Shown: positions 56,031 through 64,000 of the stretch, piece by piece
How the letters are laid out: each line of letters begins with the position of its first letter
Numbering within the stretch: position 1 is the first letter of the stretch
Origin: Caldisericia bacterium
GTDB lineage: Bacteria > Caldisericota > Caldisericia > JAAYUI01
Direction of reading: 5' to 3'
DNA length: 64,000 nt
Assembly: GCA_963674785.1 (NCBI GenBank)
Contig: OY771555.1
Coordinates: 725,845 to 789,844, forward strand
Program-made: the position numbers and the translations under genes
Notes under the pieces: generated by a model
Seen by the model: the letters and a program-made list of their open reading frames with translations, nothing else
Told to the model about the DNA's origin: nothing
Databases searched by the model: none

Positions 56031-57737
56031 ATGAGAAGACGTTTTGTGACACTGATGTTGGTGGTTTTGCTAGTATTATCTCTTTTCCCATCGATTTCTG
56101 TTTTTGCTGAGGAAAAAACCAAACTTGTTTTGAAAGTCGAACTTACAGAAAACTCGAGAATCCTCACATGGAATGAATATCCGGGTGCAGACTCGTACTA
56201 TGCGTGTATGAGGCTGACCTACAATGTTGAGGGTGAAAAAAGCTACTTTATGCCGATCCATGATTTTCCTCTCACTAAAACATCCATTGAAGATTTTGGA
56301 AAAATCACAGGAAGAAAAAAATTCACCTACAAAGTAAAAGCTCTTGATGCTGAGGGTAAGGTGATTGCTGAATCAAACATCGTAACAGTATATATCAAAA
56401 ACCCCGACTGCCAGTACAAATACACATTTGAGATTGGAAAAAACAGCTATATCAAAAATGGTGTTGAGATTCTTTTCAAGCAAGGCAAGATTATTCTTGA
56501 AAACCACAGAATATATATGCCAATCAAGCTTCTGTTCGATGAAATGGAGTATGAATTGACATTTGACTCCAAAGAAAAGAAATCTACTTTCAATCAAAAC
56601 AATAAAAAGTTTGAATTTTGGCACTCAGGTGAAGACTTTTTTACATACAATGGTGACACATACAAATTCGCAGAAAATGATTCTAGCGTGACTGTAAAGT
56701 TGATTGGTGGTGTTTTGTATATGCCCATGTTCCCTGTGGTCAGATTCATGGACGCATATGATGTCAAACTCGATCCAATCAAAATGACTATAGATATGAC
56801 CTTTGATTGCCCTGAGGAGTATTCACCTCTTGATGAGATGGTCACAAGGAAAGTCTCTCTGACATTAGACAAAGACATTATCATTGTTGACGGGCAGGAT
56901 TATAAAGTGGGTTGTGGGCTGAGACTGTTTGGTGATTCAACCTATCTGCCTGTTGAGTTTTTGCTCAAAGGTTTTGGACTCAAGGCTGTTTGGGAAGATG
57001 AAAATAATCTTCATTTTTTCAAATGGAACTACAAAAATCCAAAAAAGAAATCAGCGAAGTTTGTCACAGTTGTTGTTGGTGACGACAAGATAGATGTTGG
57101 TGGCGAATCAAGAAAACTCCGAGCCCCATCAAAAATGGAGGATGGGATTCTATATGTTACCCTTGATTTCATGCAGATTTTTGAAGTGCAGACTGTTTGG
57201 GATAGCGCCAGCAAAACAATCAGTTTTGAGATGGATGTCCCGGCTGATGCCATAAATGGGCTTCAGAACACTGAAACCGTAAAAAGGTCTGCTAAGTTTT
57301 TTCTGAAAGGGACGCAGCAGGGAGACGATGAGATAATGATGCTTGATGGATTGGAGTATGTTGGAAAACCACTGGTTATCTCAGGAGGATCTACCATGCT
57401 TCCAATAAAATATTTTGCCCAGGCTTTTGGTGGGGATTACGCCTGGAAACCTGAAAAAGATGAGATGGTCATAGAGATGAAAAAATCGGCTGGGAATGGT
57501 GAGTTTGTGGACATAAGAGCTGTGTTTCACACAGGGGAAAAGGAGTACGAAATTGATGGTGAGGTTTTTGAAATGTTTGCCCCGGCAGAGATTATTGAGG
57601 GTGAGTTTTACATCCCGGCAAGACCTGTATTAGATCATTTTGAAGTAGAAGGTACTTGGAATGCCGATGAAAAATCGATGGCTTTCGAGTCAGAGGTTGA
57701 ACTGGGTCGGAAGATAAAGCTTGAGAGAAATCATTAG
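56031..57737 (+). CDS. secreted protein S1: Fn3-like domain plus multiple copper-amine-oxidase-N-like stalk repeats
   Basis: I start it at ATG 56031, after AAGGGGGTG, with signal peptide MRRRFVTLMLVVLLVLSLFPSISVFA. It has ILTWNEYPGADSYYACMR (Fn3-like). It also has repeated ...MPIKLLFDEMEY.., YLPVEFLLKGFGLKAVWEDENN, MLPIKYFAQAFGGDYAWKPEKDEMVI and FYIPARPVLDHFEVEGTWNADEKSMAF. Confidence 0.85.
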   Translation: MRRRFVTLMLVVLLVLSLFPSISVFAEEKTKLVLKVELTENSRILTWNEYPGADSYYACMRLTYNVEGEKSYFMPIHDFPLTKTSIEDFGKITGRKKFTYKVKALDAEGKVIAESNIVTVYIKNPDCQYKYTFEIGKNSYIKNGVEILFKQGKIILENHRIYMPIKLLFDEMEYELTFDSKEKKSTFNQNNKKFEFWHSGEDFFTYNGDTYKFAENDSSVTVKLIGGVLYMPMFPVVRFMDAYDVKLDPIKMTIDMTFDCPEEYSPLDEMVTRKVSLTLDKDIIIVDGQDYKVGCGLRLFGDSTYLPVEFLLKGFGLKAVWEDENNLHFFKWNYKNPKKKSAKFVTVVVGDDKIDVGGESRKLRAPSKMEDGILYVTLDFMQIFEVQTVWDSASKTISFEMDVPADAINGLQNTETVKRSAKFFLKGTQQGDDEIMMLDGLEYVGKPLVISGGSTMLPIKYFAQAFGGDYAWKPEKDEMVIEMKKSAGNGEFVDIRAVFHTGEKEYEIDGEVFEMFAPAEIIEGEFYIPARPVLDHFEVEGTWNADEKSMAFESEVELGRKIKLERNH

Positions 57738-57741
57738 CGAG

Positions 57742-59460
57742 ATGAAAAATATGAAAAGGTTTATTATTTTTGCCTTAGTTGGAATACTAGTTGTCAGTTT
57801 GTTCGGTGTAAACTCAGCATGGGCGTCAGACAAGGGTTTCCAAGTCAATTGCGAGTTTGAAAACAATGAGGTAATTCTCACCTGGGAAGCAGTCGATGGT
57901 GCCTCTTATTATCATGTTTTTAGAGGAGTTTCTGAAAACACTGTTTCAGAAACTCCATTAACAGACTTTCCTATAACCAAAACGAATTATTATGATTCCT
58001 GGATGTATCAGGATATAAAAACAGCAGTTTATGTTGTATGTGCATATGATTCAGAAATGGTAATGGTTGCCAAAAGCTCTCCTTTGTATTTTGAAGAAGA
58101 ATATGGAAAACACGTCAATATAAATATCACATTTAAACTTGGTGAATCAAAATATATTGTAAATGGGATAGAAAAAGAGATGGATGGGGAAGTAAAGTCG
58201 TTTGGTGGAAAGGTTTACGTTCCATATAAAGTTTTACCAAATGAATTATCATGCGCTTCAAAATGGGTGTGGACAGAAGATAAAGAGCAGGAATTAATAA
58301 TAACAAATCACACTGATTATTTTCATATGATTGTTGGCAGCAACATAGCAAAAATAAATGATGATGTGATTCAAATCGATGAAAATGATACAAGGGTTTA
58401 CCCAAAAGAAATCGATGATATGCTGTATATTCCATTGAGATTTACGGTCACAATTCTTGATGCAAAAGAGATCAAGTTTTTGCCAGCAAATACAGAGATA
58501 AAACTTCTGTTTGATAAACCTGCAGATGATCGTGAAGGCTACTACGAAAGAAAAGTGAGAATCCGAAATGACCTTTCTGCAGTTGAGATTGATGATGCAC
58601 CAACAAATAAAAAAGCTCAAATAATATCTAAAAATGGATCGTATTATCTACCAATTGAGGATATTCTTTTGGCGTTTGGGTTTGATACATCTTGGGAGTG
58701 TGATAAAAAACTCGTTTTCTACAAATGGAAATACAAAGACCCAAATAAATCTGTTGTTCAAGCTGGTTATTATATTGATGGTGAGGATTTCTTTGTGGTA
58801 GATGGAAGACAGGTTCAGATGTCTGACAGAGCATTTGTTCGTGAAGGTAAAATGTATGTCGCACCAAATGGTTTTTATAAGATTGGTCCGATGACAAATA
58901 TCCATTGGTCGGCAAGTGACGTGAGATTGTGGCTGTGGGTACCACGACAGTCGCATGCCCTTACAGAACCAAAAAAACCTCACACCAGAGAGGTTTCGAT
59001 GTGGGCAGTCACAGAGGACAGAAATCAGGATAAAGCCGGACAGATTGCAGTTGATGATGTTCTTTACAAATCACCTTCGGAAATCATGAAACTTGATGGG
59101 ATTACATGTATCCCTATTGGAACCGTTTTGAATGCCTTTGGTGCTGTGCTTTCCTGGGGTAATGATAAGAAAGTGTTATCAGTTGAATTGGATACGTTCT
59201 ATTATGATGGTGAAGAAACAACTATAAATGCAAGATTTGAGGTTGGGAACAAGACTCTCAAAATCGATGGACAAGAGTTTGAAATGATAAAAGCCCCAGA
59301 GATTGTTAATGAGGAACTCTATGTTCCGATCAGAGTCCTTTCCGAAAGGTTTTCCGTTGAGACTTCAGTGAATTTGGCAAGTGAAAGCGTTATAGACAGA
59401 ATTTATTGGCAACTTAGGGTTCCAATTGATTCACCAATTAACCTCGAAAAATTCGAGTAA
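57742..59460 (+). CDS. secreted protein S2, paralog of S1
   Basis: ATG 57742 lies 4 nt after the S1 stop. Signal peptide MKNMKRFIIFALVGILVVSLFGVNSAWA. It has ILTWEAVDGASYYHVFRG (Fn3-like). Its stalk repeats include YVPYKVLPNE, YIPLRFTVTILDAKEIKF, YLPIEDILLAFGFDTSWECDKKLVF, CIPIGTVLNAFGAVLSWGNDKKVLSV and YVPIRVLSERFSVETS. Confidence 0.85.
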   Translation: MKNMKRFIIFALVGILVVSLFGVNSAWASDKGFQVNCEFENNEVILTWEAVDGASYYHVFRGVSENTVSETPLTDFPITKTNYYDSWMYQDIKTAVYVVCAYDSEMVMVAKSSPLYFEEEYGKHVNINITFKLGESKYIVNGIEKEMDGEVKSFGGKVYVPYKVLPNELSCASKWVWTEDKEQELIITNHTDYFHMIVGSNIAKINDDVIQIDENDTRVYPKEIDDMLYIPLRFTVTILDAKEIKFLPANTEIKLLFDKPADDREGYYERKVRIRNDLSAVEIDDAPTNKKAQIISKNGSYYLPIEDILLAFGFDTSWECDKKLVFYKWKYKDPNKSVVQAGYYIDGEDFFVVDGRQVQMSDRAFVREGKMYVAPNGFYKIGPMTNIHWSASDVRLWLWVPRQSHALTEPKKPHTREVSMWAVTEDRNQDKAGQIAVDDVLYKSPSEIMKLDGITCIPIGTVLNAFGAVLSWGNDKKVLSVELDTFYYDGEETTINARFEVGNKTLKIDGQEFEMIKAPEIVNEELYVPIRVLSERFSVETSVNLASESVIDRIYWQLRVPIDSPINLEKFE

Positions 59461-59489
59461 ACATAATTCATTTTGAAGTTTTAAGTCAC

Positions 59490-59522
59490 GGGGCAGAATC
59501 GGGAGACACTGCCCCTTTTTTA
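59490..59522 (+). terminator. intrinsic terminator after S2
   Basis: GGGGCAG (59490-59496) pairs with CTGCCCC (59509-59515), followed by a T7 run. Confidence 0.75.
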
Positions 59523-59581
59523 ATGGGGATTCTTTTGGGGTGGATTTTTGTTTTCGACTCTGTTATAATGGGCGGGAGTTT

Positions 59582-61192
59582 ATGAAAAAGCTGACAATTG
59601 TGATTCTCAGTCTCGTTATTGTTGTGGTGGGTGCAGGTCTGAACCTGGTTTTTGCCACGGACAATAATCCATCTGGAATCACGTACACATACAAAGGTGG
59701 GCAGTGGGAAAACCCCACTTCGTGGAACCCGGAGACTGGTGCAGGTGGTCCCGCTGAGGATGATAATGTTGTCATCCCAAAGGGAACAGTGGCTACAATG
59801 CCAAATTTCTGCTCTGTTGCGACGGTTTCACTTGAAGGAAATCTTGAAACAGATGGTGAGCTTCGAGTCAATTCGATGACCATTTTTGGTGATGGAAAGC
59901 TCACGGTTAAGGGCAAAATCCAGTCAACCGGAAAATTCACAAACAATGGACAGATGAATGTTTATCCAGCAGGAAAGCTCTATGTTCAGAAGTTTGAAAA
60001 CACCGGTTATGTCAGTACTCGAGAAAATCTCATCATCACATCGATGGATGGGTTTACAAACACTGGTTTTATAACATCTCAGGGGGATATTTTCTTGAGA
60101 TGTCATGAGCTTGATAACTCTGGAAAAATCACAAGTGTGAAATCAGATGTCTCAATCTTTTCAAACACTGAGATAATAAATAATGGCAGAATAAAAGCCG
60201 GAGACTCCGAAGGTACTGCAGGTGGTGGCAGTGTTTATGTCGCATGCTCCACATTCACAGGTGGTGGTGAAGTAACAGCTGGAAACGGCAAAAACGGTAA
60301 CCCGCCAAGGTCTGCTGGCAAAACATATATCGGCAAAACATTTGATAATGCCGAGTGGACGGCTGCCACTTCCGCAAAACCGACAGGGGTGGTTTCAGAT
60401 CTTTCTATATGGAACATTCAGATCGCAAAAAACCCCGCAGTTGACGGTGTAGAATACATTGCCAAAGAGAGTCTTCTTGTCATTGAAAAACCATCAAACG
60501 GAAGACCAATGCCTGGAAGAAATGGGTACTCGATAATCTGTAAAACCGGCGGAACAACTATTAACACAACCCTCCATTGGAAGGGTGCAGAGGATATAAG
60601 AGCCACAGGAAGCACAAGCCTTGGCAGACTCGGTTCATCATATGAAAATATTTCTGCAGGTGGCAAGAAGACAATCAAAATTGTGATTCCACCAGCAAAA
60701 TCCAGTGAGCGTGAACTCAAAAAAGTAAACATCAAATATACCGTCCCAGGCACAACATATACCGCCAGGTTGACACTCCATGTTTATTATCTTCCATGCC
60801 CGGTTATCACAGGTGTTGCTGGCATGAACTGCTGTACAATTGAAGAGGATGATGGAACAATCCGCGACACGGAATTTCCTGTAACACCGATCATTTCTGG
60901 TGACAGGCTCATGGTTCCACTTCGCTTTGTTGTGGAATCCTGTGGTGGGGTTGTTAGTTGGGATGAGGGCGAAAGAACTGCTCGAATCGACCTTCCGGGT
61001 CGCACTGCAACATTTACCCCCAACATGGATAATTCAAATGTGAATGGTGTCACAGAGGGGCTTTATAAAAGTTCATTCATCAATAACAAGTCTGACAGAA
61101 TGATGGTCTCTGGTCGCTCCCTTTGCGAGATCATGGGCGCTGATATCAGTTTTGACGATGGGGTTTTTGAGATTACGTATCCTGGGAGTTAG
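59582..61192 (+). CDS. secreted protein S3: beta-helix/adhesin-like repeat region plus a C-terminal stalk domain
   Basis: I start it at ATG 59582, with signal peptide MKKLTIVILSLVIVVVGAGLNLVFA. It has short G/N/T-rich repeats (GNLETDGELRVNS, GDGKLTVKGKIQSTGKFTNNGQMNV, ENTGYVST, TNTGFITSQGDI, DNSGKITS, INNGRIKAGD). The C-terminal GDRLMVPLRFVVESCGGVVSWDEGERTARIDL is the clearest copper-amine-oxidase-N-like match in the window. Confidence 0.85.
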   Translation: MKKLTIVILSLVIVVVGAGLNLVFATDNNPSGITYTYKGGQWENPTSWNPETGAGGPAEDDNVVIPKGTVATMPNFCSVATVSLEGNLETDGELRVNSMTIFGDGKLTVKGKIQSTGKFTNNGQMNVYPAGKLYVQKFENTGYVSTRENLIITSMDGFTNTGFITSQGDIFLRCHELDNSGKITSVKSDVSIFSNTEIINNGRIKAGDSEGTAGGGSVYVACSTFTGGGEVTAGNGKNGNPPRSAGKTYIGKTFDNAEWTAATSAKPTGVVSDLSIWNIQIAKNPAVDGVEYIAKESLLVIEKPSNGRPMPGRNGYSIICKTGGTTINTTLHWKGAEDIRATGSTSLGRLGSSYENISAGGKKTIKIVIPPAKSSERELKKVNIKYTVPGTTYTARLTLHVYYLPCPVITGVAGMNCCTIEEDDGTIRDTEFPVTPIISGDRLMVPLRFVVESCGGVVSWDEGERTARIDLPGRTATFTPNMDNSNVNGVTEGLYKSSFINNKSDRMMVSGRSLCEIMGADISFDDGVFEITYPGS

Positions 61193-61229
61193 GTAAAACG
61201 ATTCTTTGTCTTTTCTGATTCTGACCCTT

Positions 61230-61341
61230 GTCATGCCCAGTCTCACATTCATCATCTCTTTCTTCCCGCCATTTCTGCTTCACCTTCCTACGTCATTCCC
61301 AGCTCTTCCCAACGTCTTCCCCGTGTAGACGGGGAACCAGG
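61230..61341. repeat. palindromic element cluster upstream of the intact GIY-YIG gene
   Basis: Half-sites gtcatgccc (61230) and gtcattccc (61292). The full variant gtcttccccgtgtagacggggaaccagg sits at 61314-61341. Confidence 0.65.
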
Positions 61342-61417
61342 AAGCATCACCAAATGTGTATTTTATATTGACGCATTAATCCTCGATTTATGGTGAATTT
61401 GTGAGTACAGTATCTTT

Positions 61418-61708
61418 GTGAAGCAGCCTGCAGTCTACATTCTTGCCAGTAAGAAAAACGGAACTCTATACATTGGTGTGACAAGCAACCTGGTAAAAAG
61501 AGTTTGGGAACATAAAAATGATGTTGTCCCTGGTTTTTCCAAGCAATATAAAATTCATACCCTGGTTTACTTCGAATTGTTTCCAAGTATGGAATCAGCG
61601 ATTATAAGAGAGAAAAGACTGAAAAAATGGGAGAGAGCTTGGAAGATAAGGATTATTGAAGAAAAGAATCCGAATTGGAATGATTTGTATGAACAGATTA
61701 TTCGATAA
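61418..61708 (+). CDS. GIY-YIG nuclease family protein (96 aa, intact)
   Basis: GTG start at 61418. AVYILASKKNGTLYIGVTSNLVKRVWEHKN...HTLVYFE...AIIREKRLKKW is the small URI/GIY-YIG domain pattern. Confidence 0.85.
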   Translation: MKQPAVYILASKKNGTLYIGVTSNLVKRVWEHKNDVVPGFSKQYKIHTLVYFELFPSMESAIIREKRLKKWERAWKIRIIEEKNPNWNDLYEQIIR

Positions 61709-61748
61709 GCTTAGTTACATCAATAATTTTTGATGTCGACGCAAACCT

Positions 61749-61907
61749 CCTGGATTCCCGCCTGCGCGGGAATGACGTAAGAACGTTATGGAGTAATGAA
61801 GAGTGGCATGTATTTTCAGTCAAGCTGGGTATGACAGAGGCTTAGGAAATGGATTCTACTCCGTCATTCCCAAATATGAGATCCCGGGTCTTCGCCCGGG
61901 ATGACGG
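61749..61907. repeat. palindromic elements in inverted orientation between the GIY-YIG and SDR genes
   Basis: cctggattcccgcctgcgcgggaatgacg (61749-61777). Half-site gtcattccc (61863-61871). atcccgggtcttcgcccgggatgacgg (61881-61907) abuts the SDR stop. Confidence 0.8.
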
Positions 61908-61917
61908 GGGAGATTAT

Positions 61918-62739
61918 CTACATCATCCTCTTTGAAACTCTATCAAACATCCTATCCGAAAGAATCCTTCTGGCGAAAACCGCGGGTTTTGCACCAAAAC
62001 CAACAAGATACCTTGTTTTTGGGTGTTTTGCAGTCACAGCTTTTCCGATTGTTTTTGAGATGAGGGTTGGCTCAGAAAGTTTACTGCTGCTGTACATCTT
62101 TTTCATTGCCTCTGCTTGCTTGGTTGCGGTGGCTTCATATGCCCCACCCTTGCTGGTTTTGATGAGGTTGTCAGCTGCAATTTCGCCCCAGTCGGTTTTG
62201 ATTGCACCAGGTTCAACAATGATGATATCGATTCCATGAGGGGCAAGCTCCATCCTCATGCAGTCGCTGAGGGCTTCCACTGCAAACTTTGTGGCGTGAT
62301 ACCACCCACCAAAAGGAGAGTGCATTTTCCCGCCCATAGATGTGATGTTTACAATTTTCCCGAAGTGTTTTTTTCTCATCCCCGGTAATACCAGTTGTGT
62401 CATTCTCGCAAGCCCAAAAACATTGACATCAAGCTGTCTTCTTGCCTCTTCAAGTGGGACATCCTCAACTGCCCCGTATGATCCATATCCGGCGTTGTTG
62501 ATGAGAACATCGATGCTTTCTTCATCAGATAAAATTGTGTCAACACAGTTTTTCATGGACTGTTCATCTGTGACATCAAGCTTTATGGTTTTGATTCCCT
62601 TGGTCTCGAGGTCTTTCATTTTTTCTACACGTCTTGCGGCACCGTACACCTTAAACCCTCTGTCCATCAGTTCTAATGCTGTGTAATAACCGATCCCACT
62701 GCTTGCCCCTGTCACAAGTGCCACTTTTTTGTTTTCCAT
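61918..62739 (-). CDS. short-chain dehydrogenase/reductase (classical SDR)
   Basis: The motifs are VALVTGASSGIGYY (TGxxxGxG), LINNAGYG (NNAG) and YHATK (YxxxK). 273 aa. Confidence 0.88.
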   Translation of the reverse strand: MENKKVALVTGASSGIGYYTALELMDRGFKVYGAARRVEKMKDLETKGIKTIKLDVTDEQSMKNCVDTILSDEESIDVLINNAGYGSYGAVEDVPLEEARRQLDVNVFGLARMTQLVLPGMRKKHFGKIVNITSMGGKMHSPFGGWYHATKFAVEALSDCMRMELAPHGIDIIIVEPGAIKTDWGEIAADNLIKTSKGGAYEATATKQAEAMKKMYSSSKLSEPTLISKTIGKAVTAKHPKTRYLVGFGAKPAVFARRILSDRMFDRVSKRMM

Positions 62740-63034
62740 GAATAAACTCTCCTTTGTCCCTTTACTGTAAAATACTAATATAAAAAACCCAGAATAGGAT
62801 TAACATCCCTCATTTAGGGTTGAGTTTTTTCAAGCTCTAAAACTAGTTATCAAAAATCAACCAAATAATGCCCATTTGTGAAATATGTTAATTTATGATA
62901 TAGTCTCCGGGTATGGTGAGTTTAGTAGATTTTTCAGGTGACAATGTGTGAAAGGCAAGACTTCGTAATCTGAGTCTTTTGGTGCAGGCTGATTTTAAAA
63001 AGTGTAACCAATAAAATGCAACAGGAAACGATTC

Positions 63035-64000
63035 GTGATAATAGATTCTCGATTTGAAATAATCAGAAAACTTGGTCAGGGTGGAATGGCTGAAGTCTAT
63101 CTTGCAAACGATATTAACGATGGCTCTGATGTTGCTCTTAAGATGACGACGCCAAAATCAGAGGCACTGAAAAACCGATTTATTCGGGAGATTAAGATAC
63201 TGGCAGAGGTTAACCATGAGAATATTGTAAGGTTGATCTCGAGTGGAAGTTTTAATAATAACCTCTGGTACGCAATGGAGTATATTGAGGGCAAACAGTT
63301 CACTGACTGGTTTTTTAGTTCGGGGAACATTGATTATATCCAAATCGCAAAAATCGTTTCAAAGATAGCCTCTGCACTCGATATTATTCACAATATTGGA
63401 ATCATCCATCGCGATTTGAAACCGGAGAATATTCTTGTCCGAAATAATATCCCTATCGTTGTGGATTTTGGTGTTGCACACATAAAGAATAATGACCAGA
63501 TTACAAAGCTGACCAGAGCGGGTTCCATGGTTGGTACGGTACAATATATGTCTCCCGAGCAGGTCACGGGAAGCAACATTGATGGCCGGTCGGACTTGTA
63601 TTCACTTGGTGTGATAATGTATCAGATTTTGACAGGGGAGCATCCATCTGAGGCTGATGAGCTTCCGAGGCTTATCATGAGGATTCTTCAAGAAAGACCC
63701 ATAAGACCAACCGCTATTAATCCCGATATTCCAAAAGACCTTGAACAGATTGTGATGAAGCTCCTTGAGAAAAATCCAGATATAAGGTTCAAATCAGCAA
63801 AAGAACTAGAATTCGCACTTCTGCAGTTTGCAGGCGGAATGGGGGTTGAAAAATCTGACCATCAATCTCCATTGAGAAGTGTCGCAAAAGCCGAGATTCC
63901 ACTGATTGGAAGAAGTCGAGAGTTAAACTCTTTTTCGCTCTTGTTGCATGCGGCAAGAGCAGGGCAGGGACAGGTCGCCCTCGTCTTGGGTGAAAAGGGG
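63035..64000 (+). CDS. Ser/Thr protein kinase fused to an AAA/STAND-type ATPase (5' part; continues past the window)
   Basis: GTG 63035 is the first start after an in-frame TAA at 63005. Kinase motifs are GQGGMAEVY, VALK, HRDLKPENIL, DFGVA and SPEQ. After the kinase comes LIGRSRELNSF...GQVALVLGEKG, the beginning of a P-loop, cut by the window edge. Confidence 0.85.
   Translation, partial: MIIDSRFEIIRKLGQGGMAEVYLANDINDGSDVALKMTTPKSEALKNRFIREIKILAEVNHENIVRLISSGSFNNNLWYAMEYIEGKQFTDWFFSSGNIDYIQIAKIVSKIASALDIIHNIGIIHRDLKPENILVRNNIPIVVDFGVAHIKNNDQITKLTRAGSMVGTVQYMSPEQVTGSNIDGRSDLYSLGVIMYQILTGEHPSEADELPRLIMRILQERPIRPTAINPDIPKDLEQIVMKLLEKNPDIRFKSAKELEFALLQFAGGMGVEKSDHQSPLRSVAKAEIPLIGRSRELNSFSLLLHAARAGQGQVALVLGEKG

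Noticed and set aside
11380-61192. The giant-gene locus could be a prophage, an integrative element or a secretion-system island.
   Set aside because: No integrase, transposase, tRNA attachment site, phage structural or ATPase genes, or dedicated secretion components are visible. All products have ordinary Sec-type signal peptides. I did not detect a convincing compositional break by eye.
61901-62239. The plus-strand ORFs 61901-62239, 62116-62388 and 62342-62686 lie opposite the SDR gene. Similarly, 9226-9516, 9996-10338 and 10733-10978 lie opposite the reductase and radical SAM genes.
   Set aside because: The opposite-strand ORFs carry clear family motifs (TGxxxGxG/YxxxK, GxGxxG, CxxxCxxC). 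These antisense ORFs have none and lack an RBS.
1-64000. I searched for tRNA, rRNA, tmRNA or other known RNA genes in the intergenic regions.
   Set aside because: No cloverleaf-compatible segments or rRNA-like conserved stretches were seen. The non-coding space is accounted for by repeats, terminators and the leaders described above. An Infernal/tRNAscan run would be needed to be definitive.

Overview
This is a 64-kb window from a low-GC bacterium with strong AAGGAGAG-type Shine-Dalgarno sites and the standard genetic code. I cannot assign a taxon by eye. About 64% of the window (14590-55816) is four tandem, same-strand, collinear paralogous genes for giant secreted proteins of 3293, 3524, 3676 and 3035 aa. 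I can name only their peripheral parts: EF-hand/dockerin-like Ca loops, lectin-like and NIDO-like inserts, Ig-like repeats, and a C-terminal copper-amine-oxidase-N-like stalk domain. The roughly 2,000-residue shared core matches no family I recognise. An NHL-propeller/thioredoxin-like secreted protein (11380-14142) lies upstream of them. Three smaller signal-peptide proteins built from the same stalk domain (56031-61192) lie downstream. Together these form a roughly 50-kb envelope locus with its own conserved intergenic RNA-like module. The flanks are more ordinary. They hold four translationally coupled double-GNAT paralogs (150-4292), a lipoprotein, a MATE transporter, an overlapping radical-SAM / geranylgeranyl-reductase-like pair, an SDR oxidoreductase and a Ser/Thr kinase-AAA fusion that runs off the window end. 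They also hold two small GIY-YIG nuclease genes, one of them frameshifted, embedded in a family of GTCATKCC...GGMATCC palindromic, terminator-bearing repeats. I saw no rRNA, tRNA, CRISPR array, integrase or transposase. All domain calls come from reading motifs by eye, with no searches run.
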